Source: an uncultured bacterium
GTDB taxonomy: Bacteria > Oederibacteriota > Oederibacteriia > Oederibacteriales > Oederibacteriaceae
Direction: 5' to 3'
Length of the DNA: 64,000 bases
Assembly: GCA_965112635.1 (NCBI GenBank)
Contig: OZ218778.1
Location: 512,001 to 576,000 of the forward strand
In this document: piece by piece, positions 1-8,336 of the stretch
Position numbering within the stretch: the stretch's first letter is position 1
How the letters are laid out: every line of letters starts with the position of its first letter
Translations under genes and position numbers: made by a program
Notes under the pieces: model-generated
What the model was told of the DNA's origin: nothing
Databases searched by the model: none
What the model saw: only the letters and a program-made list of their open reading frames with translations

Positions 1-418
1 CAACGAGGTCGGTGACTAGCTCTCCTAGGATCGAACCCATACTCCCCATCATAAAATTACAGTCCGTAACCCCCAAAGCGGTCCGGTATTTTCCGATCAT
101 CCCCTCTCCAGTAATCACAGCCTCGGTCATCCCGGTTTTTTCTACGGCCTTCTTATGCTTGTCTTTATATTCCGGAAATTCCAGGGGATCGGAAAGTGTA
201 TAGGGATTTTTGATCTCGACAAAGCTGTTGGCTTCGGTTAACAGATTGATCCTCTCCCAGGCTGTCATGCGAAAATGGTACTGGCATTTGGAGCAAACCT
301 TGAGGTTGCTGTCTATCTCTTTGTTATATAAAATTTCATCGCAATTTTCGCACTTCGTCCAAAGACCATCGGGAACATCGACCCTTTTCCCTTTTCGGAT
401 ACCCTGGAACCAACCCAT
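1..418 (-). CDS. accD: Acetyl-CoA carboxylase carboxyltransferase beta subunit (3' end outside window)
   Basis: Not in the ORF track. Manual translation from ATG 418 gives MGWFQGIRKGKRVDVPDGLWTKCENCDEILYNKEIDSNLKVCSKCQYHFRM, with the C4 zinc finger and later FMMGSMGS; GGAGG lies upstream. Confidence 0.95.
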   Translation of the reverse strand, partial: MGWFQGIRKGKRVDVPDGLWTKCENCDEILYNKEIDSNLKVCSKCQYHFRMTAWERINLLTEANSFVEIKNPYTLSDPLEFPEYKDKHKKAVEKTGMTEAVITGEGMIGKYRTALGVTDCNFMMGSMGSILGELVTDLV

Positions 419-442
419 CAGACCTCCGTCTTGACCGCGATT

Positions 443-2128
443 TCAGTTCGACTTAGCCATCTCAACCGGCAATCCCCGAGGACTCCCGCTGAACCCTTGT
501 ATTATTTTACCTTTCTCCAGGGCAGATTGAAAAGCCCCCACGACTTTAGGGTCAAATTGGGTACCGACGCAATCTATGATCCTTTGCAAAGCGATTTGGT
601 ACGGCATGCCTTTCCTGTAAGGACGGTCAGAGGTCATAGCGTCAAAACTGTCCGCGATGGTGAGGATCCTTCCCTGAATGGGGATCTTCTCCCCTCTCAG
701 TTTCTCAGGATAGCCCTGCCCGTCAAACCGTTCGTGGTGGTACCGGATGCAATTGATCACATTAAGAAGTTTCTTGACTGGTTTGACGATCTCCACGCCC
801 ACGAGGGGATGCTTTTCCACCTCGGCCCTTTCCTCAGGGGTTAATGCGGCAGGTTTGCTCAGGATCTTTTCCGGGACCCCAATCTTGCCTACATCATGCA
901 AAAGAGCCCCCAAGCGTATCTCTTCTTTTAAGGTCTCTTCCAAGCCCATTTCCTCGGCAATGGCTAGACTGTAGGCCATCACCCTTTCCGAATGACCCCG
1001 TGTATAGACATCTTTGGCTTCAATGGCCCTAGCCAATGAAGTGACGGTTTCAAAAAAGAGGTCCTGGACCTCTTTATACAACTTGGCGTTGTCTATCACG
1101 ATGGCTGATTGGTCGGCAATGGCTAACAGAACTTTTTCATCCTCTTTGGAAAATGAGCTGTTGCCCTTCTTGTTCAACACCTCTACAACCCCGGTAACCT
1201 TCCCGCCCACGCTCAAAGGAACCGCGGCGATACTGCGCGTAACAAATTTGGTCGCGTCATCGGCCTTTTTAAAAAACCGCTTGTCGTTTTGGGCGTCCGC
1301 AATCAACAAAGGCTCGTTCTTGCTGGCTACCCAACCGACCACCCCAGACCCGAATGGCACACGGATCTGTTTTATCTCTTCTTTTTTAGGGCCCGTGGCA
1401 ATGTCAGCGACCAGCTCTTTGGTGTCCTGATCGATCAAAAAGATGGAACTCGCCTCAGCGTCCAGCACCTTGGTGGTTGTTTCCATGATGATCTTAAGAA
1501 GCTCTTTCAAATTCAAAGTGGAATTTAACAGCATGGCACTTTTTTGGAGAGTGTTCAAAAGGGCCAGCTGGCGCTCCATATCCTGGACCATAGTGCTGTT
1601 CTCAACTACCATGGCGACGTAAACGCCCAGCCACCCCAACAAGCTCCGGTCTGCCGCAGTAAAGGGTTGTTCGTTCTTTTTATTGATGACCTCGATGACA
1701 CCGCAAGTCTTCCCCTTGTACTTTAAAGGAATGCAGAGAATGTTTTCGGTCTTGTAATCGACAAGACGGCTTATCTTGGGGCTGAATCGGGGGTCGGCCT
1801 TGACGTTATTGGCGATGACAGGCCGGCCATGCTTGGCCACCCAGCCCGCGATCCCTTCGTTCATATTGATCCGCATGTTAGCCAAGGGACCGGCCTTCTT
1901 CCCCAAAGCCACTTTAAAAATCAAGGATTTGGTGGTCCGGTCAACCAGAAAGATGGATCCCGCCATGGTGTCGGAAACTTTCATGACCATGGCCATGATT
2001 TTCTTTAATAAGGTTGCGTCATCCAATTGCTGGCTGGCCAATTGGAGCATGCGCGTGACAACACTTAATTTCTCGTTCAAAGTACTTCTATTTTTTTTCG
2101 ATGCTTTTCGCTCGTGCTTTTCCTTCAC
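443..2128 (-). CDS. GAF-GAF-HD-GYP cyclic-dinucleotide phosphodiesterase
   Basis: Two GAF repeats (GIAGWVA/GVVGWVA...GVIEVINKK), then EAKDVYTRGHSERV, LLHDVGK, HHERFDGQGYP and DRPYRK; GTG start. Confidence 0.93.
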   Translation of the reverse strand: MKEKHERKASKKNRSTLNEKLSVVTRMLQLASQQLDDATLLKKIMAMVMKVSDTMAGSIFLVDRTTKSLIFKVALGKKAGPLANMRINMNEGIAGWVAKHGRPVIANNVKADPRFSPKISRLVDYKTENILCIPLKYKGKTCGVIEVINKKNEQPFTAADRSLLGWLGVYVAMVVENSTMVQDMERQLALLNTLQKSAMLLNSTLNLKELLKIIMETTTKVLDAEASSIFLIDQDTKELVADIATGPKKEEIKQIRVPFGSGVVGWVASKNEPLLIADAQNDKRFFKKADDATKFVTRSIAAVPLSVGGKVTGVVEVLNKKGNSSFSKEDEKVLLAIADQSAIVIDNAKLYKEVQDLFFETVTSLARAIEAKDVYTRGHSERVMAYSLAIAEEMGLEETLKEEIRLGALLHDVGKIGVPEKILSKPAALTPEERAEVEKHPLVGVEIVKPVKKLLNVINCIRYHHERFDGQGYPEKLRGEKIPIQGRILTIADSFDAMTSDRPYRKGMPYQIALQRIIDCVGTQFDPKVVGAFQSALEKGKIIQGFSGSPRGLPVEMAKSN

Positions 2129-2176
2129 GCAACATCCTTTTTCAGCTTGAACTTATCTAGATAGGCAGGACCTTTG

Positions 2177-3334
2177 CTAAATGGACAGTCTCTGCAATTC
2201 CTGAAATAACTTGGCGCTTTCTAAGGACCTGGTCAGGGGGACGCTGATGGTTTCAAAAAGGTGGATATCGGCTTCGGTATACCTGGTCCCGTTGTTCTTG
2301 TTCAACAATTCTATGACGCCAACGACTCTTTCCAAATTGTACAGGGGCAAGGCTAAGAAAGTTTTAACGCTTTTTCGGTCAAATTCCACCTGCCAGGTCA
2401 GCCCCTCCTGGCTTGTATCCGAAAGCAAAATGGGGCTGTTACCATGGACAACTTTGCCCGCTACTCCCTGGTTAATGGACATCCTGGTGGTGGAACGCGC
2501 CCCCTGCTCACCGGTCACCAGAAAAAGATCACCGCGAGTTTCGTCAACAAAGAAAATAAGGCAGCTCTCGGCTTTAAGGAGTTTGACTAAGATTCGAGTG
2601 GTGATCTGGATAATCTTTTTCAAGTCACGGGTGGAATTGAGGAGGGTATAGATCTCGTGCAAAGCCATCAGCCGCTGGACTTCCCGTTTTAGAAAGGCGG
2701 CATTTTCAGAATGCTGGAAAGAGGAGACAGCCGGCTCGGTGAGGAAAGTCAGGAGGGTGATATCTTCTCTTCCAAACCGCTTCTTATCCTGGCTGTTCAA
2801 CAGCTCTACTGCACCAATCACCTCGTTTTGGTGGGTAATAGGCAGAATGAGCACCGTGAACATATTGAGCTTCGACTCTAAAGCCAATTCCTTACTGAAC
2901 CTTGTTTCATTAGAGATCTCACGGACGATCAAAGGCTCATTGCTTTTGATGACCCATCCCACCACACCTTCACTGAGAGGTAAACGGAGATTTTTTTTCA
3001 AAGCCGGCGCGTTGCCGTTAAAGGCCTGCAAATAGTAGTGGGTATTGTTCTTTTCTTTGAGCCACACCAGGGCCATGTCGCAATTCAGCGCCTTGACCAC
3101 TAACTTGATAAAGTTTTCAAAATGTTCGTCTGCGGGAAGGTTCTTGGTGACCAGGCTGTTCAATTCCAATAAAGAATTGACACGGCTGTCCATTGAACTC
3201 AAATAGCTTTGAAGGAGCTGGACGGCTTCTTCCCTATCCTTCAATTTCGCCTGGGCATCCCGCAACTCTTTTTCGACCTCCCTGATTCTCAAGGAGGCTT
3301 CTTTTAACTCTTCTTTACTGTCATTCCCGAACAT
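2177..3334 (-). CDS. Coiled-coil plus tandem GAF protein with no output domain
   Basis: N-terminal heptad-rich helix and two GAF-like units (EGVVGWVI...GAVELLN; GVAGKVV...GVIELLNK); the protein ends right after the second GAF. Confidence 0.85.
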   Translation of the reverse strand: MFGNDSKEELKEASLRIREVEKELRDAQAKLKDREEAVQLLQSYLSSMDSRVNSLLELNSLVTKNLPADEHFENFIKLVVKALNCDMALVWLKEKNNTHYYLQAFNGNAPALKKNLRLPLSEGVVGWVIKSNEPLIVREISNETRFSKELALESKLNMFTVLILPITHQNEVIGAVELLNSQDKKRFGREDITLLTFLTEPAVSSFQHSENAAFLKREVQRLMALHEIYTLLNSTRDLKKIIQITTRILVKLLKAESCLIFFVDETRGDLFLVTGEQGARSTTRMSINQGVAGKVVHGNSPILLSDTSQEGLTWQVEFDRKSVKTFLALPLYNLERVVGVIELLNKNNGTRYTEADIHLFETISVPLTRSLESAKLFQELQRLSI

Positions 3335-3603
3335 AAAACCACTCCTACCTGGTGCCTGACAAATTTATCCATTGGTTTTTTCCGTAGGAAAATTTTCTCT
3401 CAGGACATCAAGGTTGCAAAATAAGGTACGGACAAACTCCTTGTAAAATTTTCATTAAAATATAAAAAGGAGTCCCGCCCCTCTTTTTTGGGAAGGGGGT
3501 GGAGCCTATGAAATGCATAACTAAATAATAGTTGATCACCTAAAATATCTATCTATAAAGAGGCGGCAAAATTCACTTAAACAGATCATGAAATTAAAAC
3601 GCG

Positions 3604-3960
3604 TTAAAGTCCTTTTTCCAGTTGAGGAATGGCCTTTTTTAATTCCAGCCTGCCTTTTCCCAAATTCCCGTCCAGTCCGATAGCTAAAGCGCAAAAATAT
3701 TCCGTGCCGACGGTCATCATGATCATGGTGGCTTTCTCGGTGGAAATGAGGATTTCATTGGTCTTGCCCGCGCCGAAGCTCTCCGAAGCCTTCATGGCAT
3801 TCTTGACGATGGTAGAATATTCCGCGCCTGCGATGTTAATGTCAAAATCGGAATTAACCGAGAACTGCTCGATGACCAAACCGTCCAGACCGACCAAGCC
3901 AGCCCCGATCGCTCCGTCTAATGAGGTGACCAACTGATTTAAAATTGCTTTAAAATCCAA
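3604..3960 (-). CDS. Roadblock/LC7 (MglB-like) domain protein
   Basis: GAIGAGLVGLDGLVIE...GNLGKGRLELKK signature; likely TTG start at 3960 after an AAGGA RBS. Confidence 0.88.
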   Translation of the reverse strand: MDFKAILNQLVTSLDGAIGAGLVGLDGLVIEQFSVNSDFDINIAGAEYSTIVKNAMKASESFGAGKTNEILISTEKATMIMMTVGTEYFCALAIGLDGNLGKGRLELKKAIPQLEKGL

Positions 3961-4004
3961 GGAACCATCCTTTCCTAAAGGCAAATGTATTAAAAAGCAG
4001 ATTT

Positions 4005-4033
4005 ATCTTAATTAATAATGAAAAAACTGTCAA
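4005..4033 (-). promoter_or_regulatory. Sigma70-type promoter for the roadblock gene
   Basis: TTGACA-17 nt-TAAGAT on the minus strand. Confidence 0.7.
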
Positions 4034-4229
4034 GCTTGAGTAGTTATAATGCCGATAGAAAATAAAAGCTTTAGAGCTTCCTAGATACTAGGTCATAAAG
4101 GCCGCACAAAAGTCGCGCCATCTTGTCCACCGCGTAAAACCATCTATTTGTCGAGCCATTTAATCCTTTTTCCCAGAACGTCAGATCCAGCATCTTCCCC
4201 TAAGTTCGCCGCACCGTAATAAAAGCGCG

Positions 4230-5522
4230 TCACTTTTTGTTTTTAACGGTCATTTTCACAGAGCTTACCCGCCTTTGGTCCCCCTTCAATATTTCCATGA
4301 CCACATTGTCGACCTCTATCTCTTGGCCCTGTTCCGGCGCTCGTCCGGCAATCTGGTTGATCAACCCCGCTAAGGTTTGCACATCCTCTGATAAGGGAAG
4401 CTTTAATCGGAGCCTCCTGTTAATATCCGCGATATTCATCCTTGCGTCGACGATATGACTGCCGTCGGCCGACAACTCGATTTGTTTCTCCTCCAAATCA
4501 TATTCATCTCTTATCTCCCCGATGATTTCTTCGATCACGTCTTCCAGGCTGATCAAACCGACTGTCTTCCCATTCTTGTCCACGACAATGGCGACCTGCA
4601 TCTTGCCTGCCTGGAATTCCTTCAGCAGCTCGCTGACTTTCTTGCTTTCCTGAACGAAGAAGGGGGGCCGAACCAGGTCCTGCATGATGACCAGATCTTT
4701 ATTATTCAACAACCCGAGCATATCTTTGGTATAGATCAAACCGATGATATGATCCACACTTCCCTTATAGACCGGCAGACGCGAATAACCCGATTGAATC
4801 GCCAGATCAATGAGCTGCTCGCTGGGCAGGGTTATATCAAGGCAAACCATCTCTGTTTTCGGAACCATAGCTTCTTTAACCTTAAGGTCGCTCAACTGGA
4901 AGATCGAGTGAATCATCCTTTTTTCATCCTCTTTCAGGACGCCCTCTTGCGCACCGATGTTGATGTAGCTTCTCAGGTCATCGGTGGTTAAAAAAGGGAT
5001 TTTGGAGGACTGAGGTCCCCCTAAAAGCCGGATACAACGGTTGGCGAACCACAGAATGATCCCAATTAAAGGATCAAGGAGAGTGGCCACGACCTCCAGG
5101 GGACCGATAAAAAGAATGGCGACCTTGGTGCTATTTTGCTTGGCGAAGATCTTCGGAATAATTTCCCCAAAAACGATCAGGGTGATCGAGGCGAAACAGG
5201 TAATGACAAAGAGGGTCCATGATTCGCTCCACAACAAATGCTGTGATAGTCGCAACGCGATCAAGGTTGAATCGACCGAGGCTAGGATAGCGGCAAGATT
5301 ATTAGCCACCAAGATGGTGGTCAAAAGGCGACTGGGGTTATCCATCCAACTTTTTAACTTGTATTCGCTGATATTCTGGGTCTCGATGAGTTGTTTGATC
5401 CCAAGACGTGTTTGGGAAGTCAGGGCTGTTTCCACGGAAGAAAAGTATGCGGAAATGAACAACAAAAGGATAAAAAAAAGTATTTCCCATATCAACATAA
5501 GCTTGGCAGTCTTTCTTGGCAT
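4230..5522 (-). CDS. CNNM/HlyC-CorC family transporter (DUF21-CBS-CorC)
   Basis: FSSVETAL, VFGEIIPK, CBS pair (YSRLPVY, GLISLEDVIEEIIGEIRDEYD) and a C-terminal CorC domain. Confidence 0.93.
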   Translation of the reverse strand: MPRKTAKLMLIWEILFFILLLFISAYFSSVETALTSQTRLGIKQLIETQNISEYKLKSWMDNPSRLLTTILVANNLAAILASVDSTLIALRLSQHLLWSESWTLFVITCFASITLIVFGEIIPKIFAKQNSTKVAILFIGPLEVVATLLDPLIGIILWFANRCIRLLGGPQSSKIPFLTTDDLRSYINIGAQEGVLKEDEKRMIHSIFQLSDLKVKEAMVPKTEMVCLDITLPSEQLIDLAIQSGYSRLPVYKGSVDHIIGLIYTKDMLGLLNNKDLVIMQDLVRPPFFVQESKKVSELLKEFQAGKMQVAIVVDKNGKTVGLISLEDVIEEIIGEIRDEYDLEEKQIELSADGSHIVDARMNIADINRRLRLKLPLSEDVQTLAGLINQIAGRAPEQGQEIEVDNVVMEILKGDQRRVSSVKMTVKNKK

Positions 5523-5538
5523 GTACAGTTTAGACGCA

Positions 5539-6234
5539 TTATCGACCCAGCACTTGCATGATAAGAATGGCGAACCCTATCCCGATTAAACCCCCCAAAA
5601 GGACTTCCCACCAGCCGTAGATCCTTGCGACAACCCGGCTCTGGGCGATCAAAAAAGCCAGGATCAAAGCCCCGGCACCTATCAGTAAATTTTTGGTCAA
5701 TAAATTAATAATGGCGGCCCCTCCAAAACCCAGAGCGCTATAACCGCTGGGCAGTCCAGCTCGGTAGGAAAGAGAAGAATACTTCCTGACCGGAAGGATG
5801 AGCGCAAGAGCCAGAAGGATCAGCACCAACGGGAAGATGATATTGGCGGTTTGGACATGCGCCAGAACTGACCGGAAAAGGGGTTCCAAATAGGGCGAAA
5901 AGATCAGCCATACCGTGCTCAAGCCGATGGCCAAGGATAACAACACGGCTCCCGCCAAAACATCCTTTACCCTGCGGATCTCTGGATCAAAATGAGGATT
6001 GATGGCGTCGCTTAATATTTCAACGGCCGTATTGATCATTTCCGCGGTCAGTACAAAACCCTCGGTCAAAATAAGGGCAGCCCATTCAAATCGGGTCAAA
6101 GGTAAAAAAATGGCAATTGCAGTTAAAATCAAGGCTCCGTATATTTCCAGCCTCAAACTCAGCTGAGTCCCTACAGCCTCTCCAATCCCCTCTATAGCGC
6201 AGTCCAGCTTGTCTTTGAACGTTCTACCCTTCAT
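5539..6234 (-). CDS. dgkA: Diacylglycerol/undecaprenol kinase fused to a degenerate PAP2 domain
   Basis: AEMINTAVE...KDVLAGAV kinase motifs; C-terminal PSGYSA and QSRV motifs; usual position after ybeY with an ATGA overlap. Confidence 0.8.
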   Translation of the reverse strand: MKGRTFKDKLDCAIEGIGEAVGTQLSLRLEIYGALILTAIAIFLPLTRFEWAALILTEGFVLTAEMINTAVEILSDAINPHFDPEIRRVKDVLAGAVLLSLAIGLSTVWLIFSPYLEPLFRSVLAHVQTANIIFPLVLILLALALILPVRKYSSLSYRAGLPSGYSALGFGGAAIINLLTKNLLIGAGALILAFLIAQSRVVARIYGWWEVLLGGLIGIGFAILIMQVLGR

Positions 6235-6716
6235 TCCTCTCCCCCCAATAGAGCATACAGGCAAGCCCGCTCCATGCGCTGCATCCTTCTTTTCTGCGAA
6301 CGGGTCTTATGGTCAAAACCCAGCAGATGGAAAAAACTATGCACCAACAATCTGGCGATTTCCTCCCGGAAACTTATTTCCAGCCTTAAGCTTTCTTTAT
6401 AGGCGAAAGGCAGCGAAATGACAATATCCCCCAGAGAAACTCTTGGAGCCGGCTTCCTTCGGCCCCTCAAAACAGCTACCTCGTCAGATCTTAATAATGG
6501 AAAAGATAAACAGTCCGTGGCTTTATCCCGTTTCAGGTATCGCCTATTTAACTTTCTGATCCCGGCATTATCAGTCACCAAAACACTGAGTTCTGCATGG
6601 TTCAACCCTGAGGCCTTCAGGCATCGGACCATATATCCCTTGATAATTTTTGGGTCTAAAAAGAAATGGTTTCCCCGGCATTCTTCAGTGATAAGGACCT
6701 GCGGAGGCGATGGCAT
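6231..6716 (-). CDS. ybeY: rRNA maturation endoribonuclease YbeY
   Basis: LNRRYLKRDKATDCLSFP, LGDIVIS and HSFFHLLGFDH; start placed at ATG 6716, just after the phoH stop. Confidence 0.93.
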   Translation of the reverse strand: MPSPPQVLITEECRGNHFFLDPKIIKGYMVRCLKASGLNHAELSVLVTDNAGIRKLNRRYLKRDKATDCLSFPLLRSDEVAVLRGRRKPAPRVSLGDIVISLPFAYKESLRLEISFREEIARLLVHSFFHLLGFDHKTRSQKRRMQRMERACLYALLGGEE

Positions 6717-6717
6717 A

Positions 6718-7719
6718 CTAGGACCTGGGGGATGGCATTGGAATCTTGCGGTTCTTTTGCTTGCTCTTGTCGCCATCGAAGCGACTGTAGGCTTCGATAA
6801 TTTCTTGAACGAGCTCATGCCTCACCACGTCTTTGCTGGTCAGGTAGATGAATTGGATATCCGTGATGCTTTTTAAAATGGCTTGCACCTGGACCAATCC
6901 CGACTCTTTCCCTAGAGCCAGATCAATCTGGGTGATGTCACCCGTAATGACGGCCTTGGAATTGAACCCGAGCCTCGTCAGGAACATCTTCATCTGCTCC
7001 GGAGTGGTGTTTTGAGCCTCGTCTAGGATCACAAAAGCGTCGTTCAAGGTCCTTCCGCGCATATAGGCCAAAGGAGCGATCTCGATGGTCCCGAATTCGA
7101 TCAAATGCCGGGTTTTTTCCACGCCCATCATCTCATAAAGAGCGTCATAAAGGGGTCTCAGGTAAGGGTCCACCTTGGACTGCAGGTCCCCGGGTAAAAA
7201 ACCTAGCCTTTCACCAGCTTCGACCGCCGGACGGACCAGGATGATCCGGCTGACCTCCTTGGCGTTTAATTCTGCTACCGCCATCGCCATCGCCAGATAG
7301 GTCTTGCCGGTTCCCGCGGGACCGACCCCGAACACGATGTCATGGCCCCGGATGGCGTCCACGTATTTCTTTTGTCCTGGAGTTTTCGCCTTGATAGGGT
7401 GATGGGCGGGAGAAACATTGATGACGTCCACATGAAGCTCTTCCAAATCGTTGACTTCTTTTTGCTTGAACATTTTGATCGCGCTCTTGATTTCCTCCGG
7501 GGATAACGCCACGCCCTGCTGGATAAGGGAAACCATCTTTTGGATCAGATCGGCGACCTGACGGACGTTCTCCTTTTCCCCTTTTATTTTTAAGGTCGAC
7601 CCCTTGGGAAAAAGACCGATATTGAAGTTAGCCTCAAGGATTCTTAAATACTGATCTTCCGGCCCCAAAATGGCTAATGCCTGATGCTCATCTTTGAGCG
7701 CAACAATCCTGACCGTCAA
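6718..7719 (-). CDS. phoH: PhoH family ATPase
   Basis: GPAGTGKTYLA, RPAVEAGERLGFLPGD, YMRGRTL and DEAQN; TTG start. Confidence 0.96.
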   Translation of the reverse strand: MTVRIVALKDEHQALAILGPEDQYLRILEANFNIGLFPKGSTLKIKGEKENVRQVADLIQKMVSLIQQGVALSPEEIKSAIKMFKQKEVNDLEELHVDVINVSPAHHPIKAKTPGQKKYVDAIRGHDIVFGVGPAGTGKTYLAMAMAVAELNAKEVSRIILVRPAVEAGERLGFLPGDLQSKVDPYLRPLYDALYEMMGVEKTRHLIEFGTIEIAPLAYMRGRTLNDAFVILDEAQNTTPEQMKMFLTRLGFNSKAVITGDITQIDLALGKESGLVQVQAILKSITDIQFIYLTSKDVVRHELVQEIIEAYSRFDGDKSKQKNRKIPMPSPRS

Positions 7720-7797
7720 CTCGCTCTTTTCTGTTCATTCACTGGTGGGAAAACGTGCGGACGCCTTGAATCCGTTAAATAATCATTGTGTCTTTTA

Positions 7798-8229
7798 TTA
7801 TTGCAATTCCTTGGAACGCTTGTAGATCGGCCACTCCGCGGCTTCGGCCTGTTTCCGGGCTGAAAGTTTGGATGAATCGTCATAGTTGGTCGAATAGGCT
7901 AAATTTTGCCCGGGGTAAATAATATTGGGGTCGGCGATCTGGTCGTGATTGGTCTTGTAGAGCAAAGGCCAGTACCAGGGATTCCCGTACACCACGGGTT
8001 TCTCGGAGATCCTCCACAGACAATCCCCGCGCCTGACTTTATAGTTCAGCAGCGTTGGCGTGGGCGTAACGGTTGGAGTGGGGACAAGGGTCGGCACTTC
8101 GGTCACCGTGGCGGTAGGAGCCTCTGGCTTGACCACTTTGGCCTGACAACCAATGAGAGAGATCAGAACCATGACGGATAGGAAACTGAATAGGACGGTA
8201 ACCGTTTTAAAAACCAATGATCTTTTCAT
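7798..8229 (-). CDS. LysM-domain lipoprotein
   Basis: Lipobox-like LIGC, Thr/Pro linker, and LysM YKVRRGDCLWRIS...NPWYWP...IADPNIIYPGQ. Confidence 0.9.
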   Translation of the reverse strand: MKRSLVFKTVTVLFSFLSVMVLISLIGCQAKVVKPEAPTATVTEVPTLVPTPTVTPTPTLLNYKVRRGDCLWRISEKPVVYGNPWYWPLLYKTNHDQIADPNIIYPGQNLAYSTNYDDSSKLSARKQAEAAEWPIYKRSKELQ

Positions 8230-8262
8230 CGAACCTCCCCAACCTAAGATTTTCTAAAAGTA

Positions 8263-8291
8263 AATTTAGCATTACACCCAAGGAGTGTCAA
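8263..8291 (-). promoter_or_regulatory. Sigma70-type promoter for the LysM-phoH-ybeY operon
   Basis: TTGACA-17 nt-TAAATT with a TGn extension. Confidence 0.7.
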
Positions 8292-8336
8292 CATGGAATG
8301 AAAATAGGAAAGCGAAGCCGATAGCGTTTTTTAGCC

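Noticed and set aside
4030-4058. Sigma28-like GCCGATAG boxes at 4051 and 8317
   Set aside because: The -35 spacing and sequence do not fit, and both point antisense to the local genes.
4060-4233. Small minus-strand ORFs (29 and 40 codons) after the CNNM gene
   Set aside because: Poor RBS spacing and no recognisable motif.
6717-6818. Longer tracked N-termini for ybeY (also dgkA, the ABC ATPase, the flavoprotein and the TsaP-like gene)
   Set aside because: The extensions overlap upstream genes, and downstream starts have better RBS or stop-start coupling.
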